From Macrostomum hystrix (lineage: Eukaryota; Animalia; Platyhelminthes): a DNA stretch of 64,000 bases. Shown in pieces: positions 32,866-45,411 of this stretch (position 1 is its first letter; every line of letters begins with the position of its first letter). The position numbers and the translations under genes were made by a program. The DNA lies in the NCBI GenBank assembly GCA_950097015.1, contig CATNEN010000034.1:2852001-2916000 (forward strand), read 5' to 3'. The notes under the pieces were generated by a model. That model was not told where the DNA came from, searched no databases, and saw only the letters and a list, made by a program, of their open reading frames with translations.

Positions 32866-34175
32866 AGAATGGATAGAGATTACAGAGCTGATCTACTGTC
32901 GAATGGATGGAGATTACAGAGCTGATCTACTGTCGAATGCGTAGAGATTACAGAGCTGATCTACTGTCGAATGCGTAGAGATTACAGAGCTGATCTACTG
33001 TCGAATGGATGGAGATTACAGAGCTGATCTACTGTCGAATGGATGGAGATTACAGAACTGATCTACTGTCGAATGGATGGAGATTACAGAGCTGATCTAC
33101 TGTCGAATGGATAGAGATTACAGAGCTGATCTACTGTCGAATGGATGGAGATTACAGAGCTGATCTACTGTCGAATGCGTAGAGATTACAGAGCTGATCT
33201 ACTGTCGAATGGATGGAGATTACAGAGCTGATCTACTGTCGAATGGATGGAGATTACAGAGCTGATCTACTGTTGAATGCGTAGAGATTACAGAACTGAT
33301 CTACTGTCGAATGGATGGAGATTACAGAGCTGATCTACTGTCGAATGCGTAGAAATTACAGAGCTGATCTACTGTCGAATGGATAGAGATTACAGAGCTG
33401 ATCTACTGTCGAATGGATAGAGATTACAGAGCTGATCTACTGTCGAATGGATGGAGATTACAGAGCTGATCTACTGTCGAATGCGTAGAGATTACAGAGC
33501 TGATCTACTGTCGAATGGATGGAGATTACAGAGCTGATCTACTGTCGAATGGATGGAGATTACAGAACTGATCTACTGTCGAATGGATGGAGATTACAGA
33601 GCTGATCTACTGTCGAATGGATAGAGATTACAGAGCTGATCTACTGTCGAATGGATGGAGATTACAGAGCTGATCTACTGTCGAATGCGTAGAGATTACA
33701 GAGCTGATCTACTGTCGAATGGATGGAGATTACAGAGCTGATCTACTGTCGAATGGATGGAGATTACAGAGCTGATCTACTGTTGAATGCGTAGAGATTA
33801 CAGAACTGATCTACTGTCGAATGGATGGAGATTACAGAGCTGATCTACTGTCGAATGCGTAGAAATTACAGAGCTGATCTACTGTCGAATGGATAGAGAT
33901 TACAGAGCTGATCTACTGTCGAATGGATAGAGATTACAGAGCTGATCTACTTTCGAATGCGTAGAGATTACAGAACTGATCTACTGTCGAATGGATAGAG
34001 ATTACAGAGCTGATCTACTGTCGAATGGATAGAGATTACAGAACTGATCTACTGTCGAATGGATAGAGATTACAGAGCTGATCTACTGTCGAATGGATAG
34101 AGATTACAGAGCTGATCTACTGTCGAATGGATAGAGATTTCAGAGCTGATCTACTGTCGAATGGATAGAGATTAC
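32866..34175. repeat. 34-bp minisatellite, about 38 copies
   Basis: Unit GAGATTACAGAGCTGATCTACTGTCGAATGGATG. Confidence 0.97.
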
Positions 34176-34734
34176 TAGACGCTACTATGAGTAGGTCAGA
34201 ACGATGCAGTTTTTTTAAACAGATTTTTGGTATAAAAGGGTGTTAAAAACAGACTTTCTGAGAAAAATCGAGCCCTTTCAAATCCAATGGATACACTTTT
34301 AGCAAAATTGAAAGGATAAAAATGCTAAAGCACTGAAGCGATGTCCTGAAAATTCTGTGAGGCATTATACTCGTATATAGTGCTCACGGAAAAAAGATAT
34401 TTTTTTCAAACAGGCTTCAGTTCTTAATTCCTTTCATGAGGCCTTCTGCTATTCAGTCATTGTAATTTCAATCGTTTAAATGCAGAACGAAGCTATTCTG
34501 CTCTGTGGGGCTCCATAAATACTCATAAATACTTGAAATATAAATGTTTTATTGGAGTCTATAGTTTTCCCCATTTGCTTTGAAAATATACGGAAATTAT
34601 TTGGACCCCGTTACAAGCCGTTAAACATGAGGACAAAAGGAAATGAACTACAAAAACGGATTTTTTTGCTCACAAAAATGTGCAATCATACTTTTAGCTA
34701 AAGCCAATCAAAACTGATAGCAATATTTGTCCTA

Positions 34735-34985
34735 GTTCAGGTCTTAGTTTTGTTCTCAGTTCAGGTCCTAGTTTTGTTCTCAGTTCAGGTCCTAGTGCTA
34801 GTCCAGTTTTGGTGCATAGGTCAGGCCCTAGTTTAGGTCTTAGTTTTATTCTTAGTTCAGGTCCTAGTTCAGGTCCTAGTTCAGGTCCTAGTTCAGGTCC
34901 TAGTTCAGGTCCTTGTGCTGGTCCTAGTTCTGGCTCATAGTTCAGACCCCTAGTTCAGGTCTTAGTTTTGTTCTTAGTTCTAACC
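34735..34985. repeat. 12-bp minisatellite
   Basis: Unit TTCAGGTCCTAG. Confidence 0.85.
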
Positions 34986-36766
34986 TAGAAATCTCGATGT
35001 CGAAATTTAAATTTTGAGATCAATTAGTTGCATTGTTTCGAAGACTGTAATAAGAGAAATTGTTACTTCACAGTAGCGAAATAATCCCGAGGAGCTGTTC
35101 ATTTAAAATGGACTTTAGCTGGCGGGGGCAACCAGAATACCAGCTACCTGAAAATGTATTTCGAAATCAATGCAATCCATCTGCCAGAAAATGAATATCG
35201 CATTTCTAATCTATTTGATTTGCTGTTCTTTACAACTCCTCTTAAAACATCCGCTACAGTATCAGTGCCTCAAATTATATATTCTGCAATGAACTTTTTA
35301 GAACACTAGCTAGCTGGCTTAGATCGAGACTGTCCACAGTTACCAAATATGGTACTAATGGATGCTAAGCCAGCATTGTTTGCATAAAATGCGACTAAGC
35401 TAGGCTAAAAATAGCTTCAATATTTAACAGTTGAATTGGTGCGTCCGACCATCAATTTTCACTTGGGATTAATCGGGGTATAGACGAAACCACTTCAAGG
35501 TTAATTGAGGCTAAACGATTAGTTGTATGCGAAGTAAAAAGCATCGGATTACATAAATTTAGAGTGGCAGTTTATACTGGTGCTGCTAATTAGTAAATAA
35601 CGTGCTTCGATCTTCGATCAATGAGAAATTAATATTTCATTTAATTATAAATTCAAAATAAACTAACTTATAATACTTCAGTAGTTAATTAAATGCAATA
35701 ATATCCTGGTGTACATATAGGAAACAAATAAGCCAATCAGAATATAGGGTCAAGGTCAGAGCTAAGTCCTACTTTCTAGTCACAGAATAAAATAAATGTT
35801 GCGCAAAAAGCTTGTGAATACATATGACGAAGAGTGAAGTACAAAATAGAAACCCGTACATAGTGTACCGTACATAATATTTCGGATACTGTATTGTTAT
35901 AATAAGAGAAGTAAGAAAGAACAATTAGTATTTACAATAATTATACGGCTACGATAAACGAACACTGTCACAACATATTTATTATATTATTATATATATA
36001 TTGAATATATATATACCTTAAGGTATATAAGGTATATATTATTGTTTTTAATTAGTTAAAAATAATTGTTATATTTAATTAAAATATTAATTTATTATTA
36101 ATTATAAATAAACTGTACTCGGTGATTTTGTTTGATGCAATTAATTTTATTAAACAGTCAAGTAGCGCAGCTATTCGAAGCCATAGTCAGTCACACTGAC
36201 ATGCCAAATTAACCATTCGCTTTTCTCGCAAACGAGAAAGCTAAATACTTCACGGGCAAACGAAATCGTGTCAATTATCAAGAATTTTCAATATCTGTCG
36301 CTTTCATGGTGTGTTAAATAATTGAAATCAACTGCCTGTGACTGTTAATTAGACATTGCGTCTAACAGAATAAACTAGTGTAAAGAATATGCCAAGAATG
36401 AAGAACTGAGTGCTTTAATTCAGAAAGGCAGCTGTGCAATAATATTTCTATAGTCTCCGCCTTGAAGGAAGATGAAAATTTAATTGGCAAATATTTGCTT
36501 TTCTGTAGACTGCTCAGCAGCAGCAGCTGCTGCTTCTGCTGCCTGCAATTCACTTAGAAAGTGATATTTCAATCAACAATGGACGGCTCTCTGAATTCTA
36601 CTTCAAAATTTAGTTATTTTCGAGCCTCAATTGTTTCAGTTAGTTTTTGTTATATTTATTGTCTTGATTTTCGTTAAATCGTTTCTTGTCATTTTAGTTG
36701 TAGTTGTAGTTGTTGTTTTACTTCTAGTTGTTTAAATTCTTATATTTTTATGTTTGAGAAGTGCGT

Positions 36767-36975
36767 GGGGGTGAATGGCAGAGCGGTTAGCGTGTTTTTT
36801 CTAACCGCTCTGCCACTCAACAACCGCTTTTCCAACACACCTGTGTGAGTGTGTGCCTGCGTACGGTATCTGTGTGCTCTGGGCAGCATTGCATCCTCTC
36901 TGGCTGCGGGTCCAGTGTCACCATATGATAGTTAGCCACTGCACGCAGCCATCCTGAAAATATAATTATTATAAT
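36767..36975 (+). mobile_element. tRNA-derived SINE, rearranged copy C
   Basis: Head GGGGGTGAATGGCAGAGCGGTTAG is followed by an inverted copy of itself (CTAACCGCTCTGCC), then body homologous to copies A and B (GCTGCGGGTCCAGTGTCACCA) and an AT-rich tail. Confidence 0.7.
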
Positions 36976-37664
36976 ACAAGAAGTGCGAGAAAAAGGTTTA
37001 GATCAGACCAGCTAGATGTTGAAGCAAAGCATTTTACTCAATGCAATCTATCCAATCTATTTCAAACATAAAGCATTGTGGCTTTCTCTGTTTATCAGGG
37101 CTGGCATCAAATTTTTCATCCAGCCTTATCTGCTCGGCTGCATCGACTTACAATTCTCATAGTTTACAATGGTTAATCTTTCATTTTTAGCAGCTTTTTA
37201 CACCTGTCCCTCAGCTTAGTCAGGTAGTCAGGTGGTGGAGGCGCAGCATTTCTGGCCCGTGGGAGCAGGGGGAGGCGGGTTCTCAGTAGATATGGGAGGA
37301 GGATTTGCAAAAACGGCGAAAGAGAAAATGATTGAGGCTGGCTGGAACAAATGAGGCTTCGGCATTCTGGCTTTGCCAACTGAGATTGAGAGCCTGAAAT
37401 GGTTGCGCAGTGTTTGCCTAGAGATGGCGGAAACACAGCGTCACGCGCAAGCCTATAACCATAGATGGTGCTGCCAGATTGAGACAGGATCGTAATCGGC
37501 TCGCTGATGGGGAACCAACATGCAGCTGGGAGCATCAAATAAGTACAATGCTATAGCTTCATCTCCTAGTGAATTAGGCCCGCTAATATCATCTAATTTG
37601 TAAGTCTGTATTGACTCCTTAGCAATGACCTGATCCGACTGAATGCTCGCATGCCTTTTGGCTT

Positions 37665-39200
37665 TGCCATTCTATTTCAACTTCAGTTCCATATCTAGTT
37701 CCCACTTCTATTCCATATCTAGTTCCCACTTCTATTCCATATCTAGTTCCCACTTCTATTCCATATCTAGTTCCCACTTCTATTCCATATCTAGTTCCCA
37801 CTTCTATTCCATATCTAGTTCCCACTTCTATTCCATATCTAGTTCCCACTTCTATTCCATATCTAGTTCCCACTTCTATTCCATATCTAGTTCCCACTTC
37901 TATTCCATATCCAGTTCCCACTTCCATTCCATATCTAGTTCCCACTTCCATTCCATATCTAGTTCCCACTTCCATTCCATATCTAGTTCCCACTTCCATT
38001 CCATATCTAGTTCCCACTTCCATTCCATATCTAGTTCCCACTTCTATTCCATATCTAGTTCCACTTCCATTCCATATCTAGTTCCCACTTCCATTCCATA
38101 TCTAGTTTCCACTTCCATTCCATATCTAGTTCCCACTTCTATTCCATATCTAGTTCCCACTTCTATTCCATATCTAGTTTCCACTTCCATTCCATATCTA
38201 GTTCCCACTTCTATTCCATATCTAGTTCCCACTTCCATTCCATATCTAGTTCCCACTTCCATTCCATATCTAGTTCCCACTTCTATTCCATATCTAGTTC
38301 GCACTTCTATTCTATAACTAGTTTCCACTTCTATTCCATATCTAGTTCCCACTTCTATTCTATATCTAGTTCCCACTTCTATACTATATCTAGTTCCCAC
38401 TTCTATTCCATATCTAGTTCGCACTTCTATTCTATAACTAGTTACCACTTCTATTCCATATCTAGTTCCCACTTCTATTCCATATCTAGTTCCCACTTCC
38501 ATTCCATATCTAGTTCTCCACTTCTATTCCATATCTAGTTCCACTTCCTATACTATATCTAGTTCCCACTTCCATTCCATATCTAGTTCCACCTTCCATT
38601 CCATATCTAGTTCCCACTTCCTATACTATATCTAGTTTCCACTTCCATTCCATATCTAGTTCCCACTTCTATTCCATATCTAGTTCCCACTTCTATTCCA
38701 TATCTAGTTCCCACTTCCATTCCATATCTAGTTCTCCCTTCTATTCCATATCTAGTTCCCACTTCTATACTATATCTAGTTCCCACTTCCATTCCATATC
38801 TAGTTCCACCTTCCATTCCATATCTAGTTCCCACTTCCATTCCATATCTAGTTCCCACTTCTATACTATATCTAGTTCCCACTTCTATTCCATATCTAGT
38901 TTATAATACCTATTCTATATCTAGTTCCCACTTCCATTCTATATCTAGTTCCCACTTCTCTTCCATATCTAGTTCCCACTTCTATTCCATATCTAGTTCG
39001 CACTTCTATTCTATATCTAGTTTCCACTTCTGTTCCTTTTTTTGTTTCCACTTCTATTCCATATCAACTTTCCACTTCTTTTCCGTATTTCGTTCCCACT
39101 TCCATTCTATATCTAGTTCCCACTTCCATTCCATATCTAGTTCCCATATCAATTCCATATCTAGTTCCCACTTCTATACCTTTATCAAGTTCCTATTTCC
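37665..39200. repeat. 24-bp minisatellite, about 1.5 kb
   Basis: Unit ATATCTAGTTCCCACTTCTATTCC. Confidence 0.97.
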
Positions 39201-39487
39201 ATTCCGTGTATAGTTTCCATTTCCGTTCCATTGAAATTCTCAGACTCAACTCTCCCCTGAGCTTTTACCAGCGATCCGAGCTGGTAAGGAATTAGTTTTC
39301 CTCAAACGCAGGTCCAATCCCCGCGACGCGACCCCGTCCTCTTTGTCTTGCCGTCCACCCTCCCCCGATCCCACATGCCATAAAGGGAAATGCTAAATCG
39401 AAGTATCCCCGCCCTACAGTTCTCCCTGAAGCCAGTCAGTGGCAAGAAAAAAAGTTTATTTTCAAAAGTGACAGAGCCGCACGGCTG

Positions 39488-40035
39488 ATGCGTTCATCAA
39501 ACGGAACCTGGGTGCTGCTGCTGCTCTACGCGGCCGTGATGGCTGTAGGCAGCGTCGACGCCTTCCGGGTTGTCAAGTCGGAGATGTCGTCATCGACGTC
39601 GGAAGCTCGAGACGTCGCCTCGGCTGCGGCGGCCGCCGAGACGGCCGAGTTTGACGCCGAAGTCGCCGAGGTGGCGGCTGCCAAAGCGGAGGCGGCCGCA
39701 TTCGAGGCTGCCGAAGCGGCGGCTGAGGCGGTCAGCAGCCAGTCGGCGGAGTCGGAGCACGCCTCGTCCACGTCGCAGGGACGCCGACCGAAGTTGACCA
39801 AGAGGATTGTTGTAGGCGACCTGGACGCCATGAAGGAGAACCTCATCAGTCGAGGATACCTTCGCCCTGGCGCATCAGACGAGGACCTGGCCAGACTGAT
39901 CCGCCAACTCATCGATATCTACAGCCGGCGGAGGTAAATAAATACTTGCTTTTTAGTCTGCTTGTTTGAGCATACTTTTAAGCATACTCATTAACTTGAT
40001 GTTGATGAATTTTCAGAGTCGGCAGAAGAAAGTGA
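39488..40035 (+). CDS. Secreted neuropeptide precursor, NPY/NPF-like, 2 coding exons
   Basis: Exons 39488-39933 and 40017-40035, phase-2 intron AG|A. Signal peptide, Ala/Glu-rich spacer, KR site, 44-aa peptide, then GRRK-stop amidation signal. The C-terminus IRQLIDIYSRRRV aligns ungapped to NPY LRHYINLITRQRY. Confidence 0.72.
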
Positions 40036-40496
40036 TCCGGCTGTGAGTCTACCGGGATGGCAACAATGTTGGACTCATCTGAGAACCAATGGAACCTACC
40101 TGATGTTTCTATCCATTCTGTTTGTCCGTCTTTAATCGCATAAAACAGTGTTTATCAAAATTCCAGTGACTGACAAATCAAGAACTGGGAGAGGGTCTTT
40201 ATAGAAGGTTAACTCCTAAAACTGGATCTTTAAAAAGTCACTGTGAAAATTAATTGTTGCGCCAAGTCCAAAAAATCCCTAAGTTAGTTAGAAAAATTGT
40301 TAGCAAAGAATGGGAGAACATTTCAAGAGTCAAGTGCTCTGTCATCGCTTTCTGTCACTGAGCACAACTGTCAGACTCAAATCAATAAACAGCGCTCCTA
40401 AATTCCGTCTTTGCCGTCCCAACACAGCGTTGGAAGACGATGCAAATCAACGACACTGCGATTTTTATTCCTTTTAAATGACGAGATGGGGGGACT

Positions 40497-41003
40497 ATAG
40501 TTAGGGAGAGTAGAGTTAGGGAGAGTAGAGTCAGGGAGAGTAGAGTCAGGCAGAGTAGAGTCAGGGAGAGTACAGTCAGGGAGAGTAGACTCAGGAAGAG
40601 TAGAGTATAGAGTCAAGGAGAGTAGAGTCAGGGAGAGTAGAGTTAAGGAGAGTAGAGTCAGGGAGAGTAGAGTAGGAAGAGTAGAGAGTAGAGTCAGGGA
40701 GAGTAGAGTCAGGAAGAGTAGAGTCAGGGAGAGTAGAGTCAGGGAGAGTAGAGTCAGGGAGAGTAGAGTCTGGGAGAGTAGAGTCAAGGAGAATAGATTC
40801 AGGGAGAGTAGAATCAGGGAGAGTAGAGTAGGAAGAGTAGAGAGTAGAGTCAGGGAGAGTAGAGTCAGGGAGAGTAGAGTCAGGGAGAGTAGAGTCTGGG
40901 AGAGTAGAGTCAAGGAGAATAGAATCAGGGAGAGTAGAATCAGGGAGAGTAGAGTCAGTGAGTGTAGAGGGGAGAGTAGAGTCTGGGAGAGTAGAGTCTG
41001 GGA
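40497..41003 (-). repeat. 15-bp minisatellite, left arm of an inverted pair
   Basis: Unit CAGGGAGAGTAGAGT, the reverse complement of the array at 41530-42240. Confidence 0.95.
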
Positions 41004-41529
41004 AAGTTTCTCTGCCTTCTGTAGCTACTCATGCTTCTAACGCGTTTGCTGCCAGCAAGAGTAAAATTCAAAAGTGCAAATGCAGTGGGCGGACCAAACT
41101 GTTTTGTCAGAGGAGGCTGCTTATCTAGATTTAGCAAGGGTCCAACTTAAAAGGTAATGTTTGCCATTGACCGGATATTACCCAAGCGACATAGGCACAT
41201 CCTAATTCATAAGCCAGCTCAGAAAACCCAAAGCCCGAGCCGGGAAAGTAAATCTCGAATTGTTTTGGCACCTGGCATCGCTCAAGAGGCTTCAATTATG
41301 CTAAAAGCAGCCAGCAAGCTCACTGCTCAGCATTTTGCTAGGCTGATGGTAGTCAAGCGATATATTCCAGCCATTTCGGACACTGATAATAACTCATCTC
41401 ACCTCCGCTGCAACTCAGAGCAGATAAGCGCCTTTAATAGCCTCACTCTAATGCTCACCGAGAATCTCTCTCACCTGCAATAAAACCAGCCCTGCATTTC
41501 CTATGCCAGCTACTTTAATCCAAACACCA

Positions 41530-42240
41530 CACTCCCTGACTCTACTCTCCCGGACTCTACTCTCCCTGACTCTACTCTCTACTCTTCCTACTCTACTCTC
41601 CCTGACTCTACTCTCTACTCTTCCTACTCTACTCTCCCTGACTCTACTCTCCCTGACCCTACTCTCTACTCTTCTTACTCTACTCTCCCTGACTCTACTC
41701 TCCCTGACCCTACTCTCTACTCTTCTTACTCTACTCTCCCTGATTCTACTCTCCCTGAATCTATTCTCCTTGACTCTACTCTCCCTGACCCTACTCTCTA
41801 CTCTTCTTACTCTACTCTCCCTGATTCTACTCTCCCTGAATCTATTCTCCTTGACTCTACTCTCCCTGACCCTACTCTCTACTCTTCTTACTCTACTCTC
41901 CCTGATTCTACTCTCCCTGAATCTATTCTCCTTGACTCTACTCTCCCAGACTCTACTCTCCCTGACTCTACTCTCCCTGACTCTGCTCTCCTTAACTCTA
42001 CTCTCACTGACTCTACTCTCCCTGACTCTACTCTCCCTGACTCTACTCTCCCTGATTTTACTCTCCTTGGCTCTACTCTCCCTGATTCTACTCTCCCTGA
42101 ATCTATTCTCCTTGACTCTACTCTCCCTGACTCTACTCTCCCTGACTTTACTCTCCCTGATTCTACTCTCCCTGATTTTACTCTCCTTGGCTCTACTCTC
42201 CCTGACTCTACTCTCCCTGACTCTACTCACTCTACTCACA
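41530..42240 (+). repeat. 15-bp minisatellite, right arm of an inverted pair
   Basis: Unit ACTCTACTCTCCCTG. Confidence 0.95.
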
Positions 42241-42289
42241 TTGGACACATTAAGCAATTTATTAAACAAACACTTACAAAAAACGGTTA

Positions 42290-42560
42290 GACACATTTAG
42301 AAATCTGTTGGACACATTTAGAAATCTGATGTACGCAGTTAGAAACTGTTGGACACAGTTAGAAAACTGTTGGACCCAGTTATAAATCTGTTGGACACAG
42401 TTAGAAAACTGTTGGACACAGTTAGAAAACTGTTGGACACAGTTAGAAAACTGTTGGATACATTTAGAAAACTGTTGGACACAGTTAGAAAACTGTTGGA
42501 CACAGTTAGAAAACTGTTGGACCCAGTTATAAATCTGTTGGACACAGTTAGAAAACTGTC
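42290..42560. repeat. 21-bp minisatellite
   Basis: Unit TTAGAAAACTGTTGGACACAG. Confidence 0.92.
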
Positions 42561-43089
42561 ATTCGAATTACGATGCTTTCGAAAAACAGAAACAAACAAT
42601 GATTTCTTCCCGGCACGAAAAAAACGCAATTTTTCTTTTAAAAATTTGAACCTAAATCCTAATCTAAATCTAAATCTAAATCCTAGTTTTGAATCTAATA
42701 ACGATTACGCAATGCTTGAAACAATTTTCTTCTGTTTTGAAAATAACATAACGCTAATAGCTATGTATGCTCGCGAACAGTCGATAACGCTAAAAGAATT
42801 GCTCGAAAAAAAGTTAAAACTAAAAGGAAAAAGGCTTATAGCTATGTTCAACATATTTTTTCTAGTTCAGAATCTGATTAAGCTTGCCTCTATGCTGAAA
42901 AAAAATTCTTTACTCTGTTTTGTATTGAATAAAACTCGCTGCTGCACTCAAGCAAAAAATATTTGCTTTGACAGTGCTTTGACGATAATTCATGCTACCC
43001 AATCGATAATTTATGTTCTTCTTTGATAATATCATGCCATTTCGTCGATGGTACATTCTTTCTATCTATATTTCATGCTTTCTCTTCGA

Positions 43090-43330
43090 TAATCTATGCT
43101 TTCCCCTCAATAATTCATGCTACCACTTTGTTATATCAAGCTATCCCTGGACAAATCTTGCTACCCGCTCAATAATTCATGCTACCCGCTCAATAATTCA
43201 TGCTACCCGCTCAATAATTCATGCTACCACTTTGTTATATCAAGCTATCCCTGGACAAATCTTGCTACCCGCTCAATAATTTATGCTACCCACTTAATTT
43301 ATGATTGTCCCACGATAATTCATGCTTCCC
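43090..43330. repeat. 21-bp degenerate minisatellite with a duplicated block
   Basis: Unit AATAATTCATGCTACCCGCTC. Confidence 0.8.
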
Positions 43331-44139
43331 CTCGTTAATACATGCTACCCCCTCTATAATTTATTCTACCCTCTCGACAAAACATGCAATGCTAAACAGC
43401 AACAGTGTGACTAACTGGGCCTCTCTTTATTTTCTTTCAGCTTCTTACGAGCTGAAGCTTATCACGCTGTTTCCCCCCCCCCTGGGGAACGACCACGTGG
43501 TATTTCAAGTACAAGTCCGAGTCAGCATCGTGTGTGTGTTGTAGTCACCAGGTCCTCGAACAGGGTCCACCAGGTGACTAGACCAGGACGGCATTCAATA
43601 GCCCGCCACACTAAGGATCTGAGTGCTGCTACCACGCGTGGAATCTGGTCCACTTTCAAACGTCATTCTAACACGCCTTCGCATAGTACTGATGCTTTCT
43701 CCTCACTATAGCCCCACTCCGCAATTTGTGAAAATTGCTTCAATTTAGTTTTCGCAAATTCTCATTTAGAATAGAAGCTATTGTGGCTAGTTATTGAGGC
43801 TTGAAAGTTGCATTTACTGTGAAGTCAGACAGTTTGGTTCAGATTATGCCGTTGGAGGCAGGTATTTTGGCTTCATCAGCCAGTGCTGCCACTTTTACAA
43901 ATTTTCATTTTCTAATTATTTTAAAACAAGGATTTTCACAAAATTGTTTACGATAAGAAATGCCGCTGATTGCAGACATGAAACTGACAAAGAAAAAATG
44001 CTAAAGTTACTTTTCTCTACATAACATGCAATTAAAATCATGTTAGTCTGGGATTTCTCATCATTTTTTATGAAGCAAGTCACACATTGGGCGGGGCTGG
44101 CTTTCGCTACCCCCAGTAGCTGGGCGACAAGCTGGTCAG

Positions 44140-45255
44140 CCGCGCTCACGGCAACCACGGCGATTTCAGACGCAACTGGAGGACGGAGGCCAACGGCCTG
44201 ATCGCCCGCGCGGGCCTCGCGGGATCCAAGCGCGAACCTGACAACGTGCCACCGCCTCCCCTATCGTCTAACGACAGGATCCACTTCGCAGCGGAACTCG
44301 CCAAACCGACCAACCGGGAGGATCCCCCGCACGTCAGACGCCAAGCCGCACTGGAGACGCTGGACCGGCTTCCGGAACCCGCCTTGGAACTCTGGACCGA
44401 CGGCTCGGCCTCCGGAGGCACCAATAGAGGCGGATCCGGTGCGGCCCTGTTCATCCGCGGAGCCGCGCCAATCTACCTGACTGCTCCAGCGGGCGCGTTC
44501 AGCTCTTCTTTTAGGGCGGAGGAGTGTGCCCTCCGCATTGGTCTCCTCGCAGCCCTGGAGCGCGTTCCATGGCCCGGTACGGCAGAACTGCGTTGCGCCA
44601 CTGATTCGCAGGCCCTCATCCGATCGCTCGAACAAGGCCCGCACTCTCACCTGTCCCCCTGCGGCCGGGACATCTGGCGCCTCCTCCTCAAAGTCCCTGC
44701 GGACCACCACGTGACTATCCAATGGGTCCCAGGACACTGTGACCTGAGGCGCAACGATCTGGCGGACAACCTCGCAAAAGACGCCGCCAGACTCCCACAA
44801 GACCAAGCGGAAATCGACCTAAACATTGCCAAGTCCGCGATCCGCCGCACACTGGCCGCCGAGGCTCGCGCTGCCTACGAAGCGGACCCACACTGCCGGA
44901 CGCACCGCGCTGCCTTCCGCGAAGACCGCAGGTCCGAGGCGACTCTCAGCAGACGCGAGTTGATCACGCTGGCGCAACTTCGCACGGGCCACTCGCCTCT
45001 GCTGGCCCAGTACCGCCACCGGATTGACCAAGAACAGCCCGCGTCCTGCGGGCACTGCGGACACCAGGAGGAGGACCTGAAACATGTGATGCTGGAATGC
45101 CCAGCTCACGCCCAGACCCGCAACCGCGTCCTCGGCCCTAACCCGACGCTGGCCATCCTATCCGACGACGGCCCCCGTGCCCTGTCCCATCTCCAGGCGA
45201 TAGGGTCGCTGACCCGACCCCCGGACCTGCCCGGCCAGGAACGTCTAACTAACTA
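44140..45255 (+). mobile_element. 5'-truncated non-LTR retrotransposon (I-group-like LINE) encoding RNase H and a C-terminal zinc knuckle
   Basis: Frame open across the whole insert. RNase HI motifs WTDGS, AEE, TDSQ, WVPGH, LADNLAK; then CGHC...H...C. (CTAA)n tail; 13-bp TSD ACAAGCTGGTCAG at 44127-44139 and 45256-45268. Confidence 0.92.
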
Positions 45256-45411
45256 ACAAGCTGGTCAGGGCTTATTGATTTGGAAACTTTGGAAATGTCT
45301 ACATATAATAACCCAAAATCTAATAACTATCTGTCCATAATTTCCAGCAGAAATTGAATTGAATTCCGACAAGCAAAACTAACTGCTTACGCAAACTGTG
45401 CTTGGCAATCC

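Noticed and set aside
35600-36200. Very AT-rich block with TATA palindromes, CCAAT and GGGTCAAGGTCA
   Set aside because: Short motifs are expected by chance in AT-rich DNA and there is no adjacent gene start.
37173-37538. 121-aa ORF in unique DNA
   Set aside because: No recognisable domain, splice context or coding bias; left unannotated.
43430-43720. Possible SINE on the minus strand (GGGGCTATAG head, small hairpin)
   Set aside because: Single copy, no clear B-box or TSD; cannot be supported.
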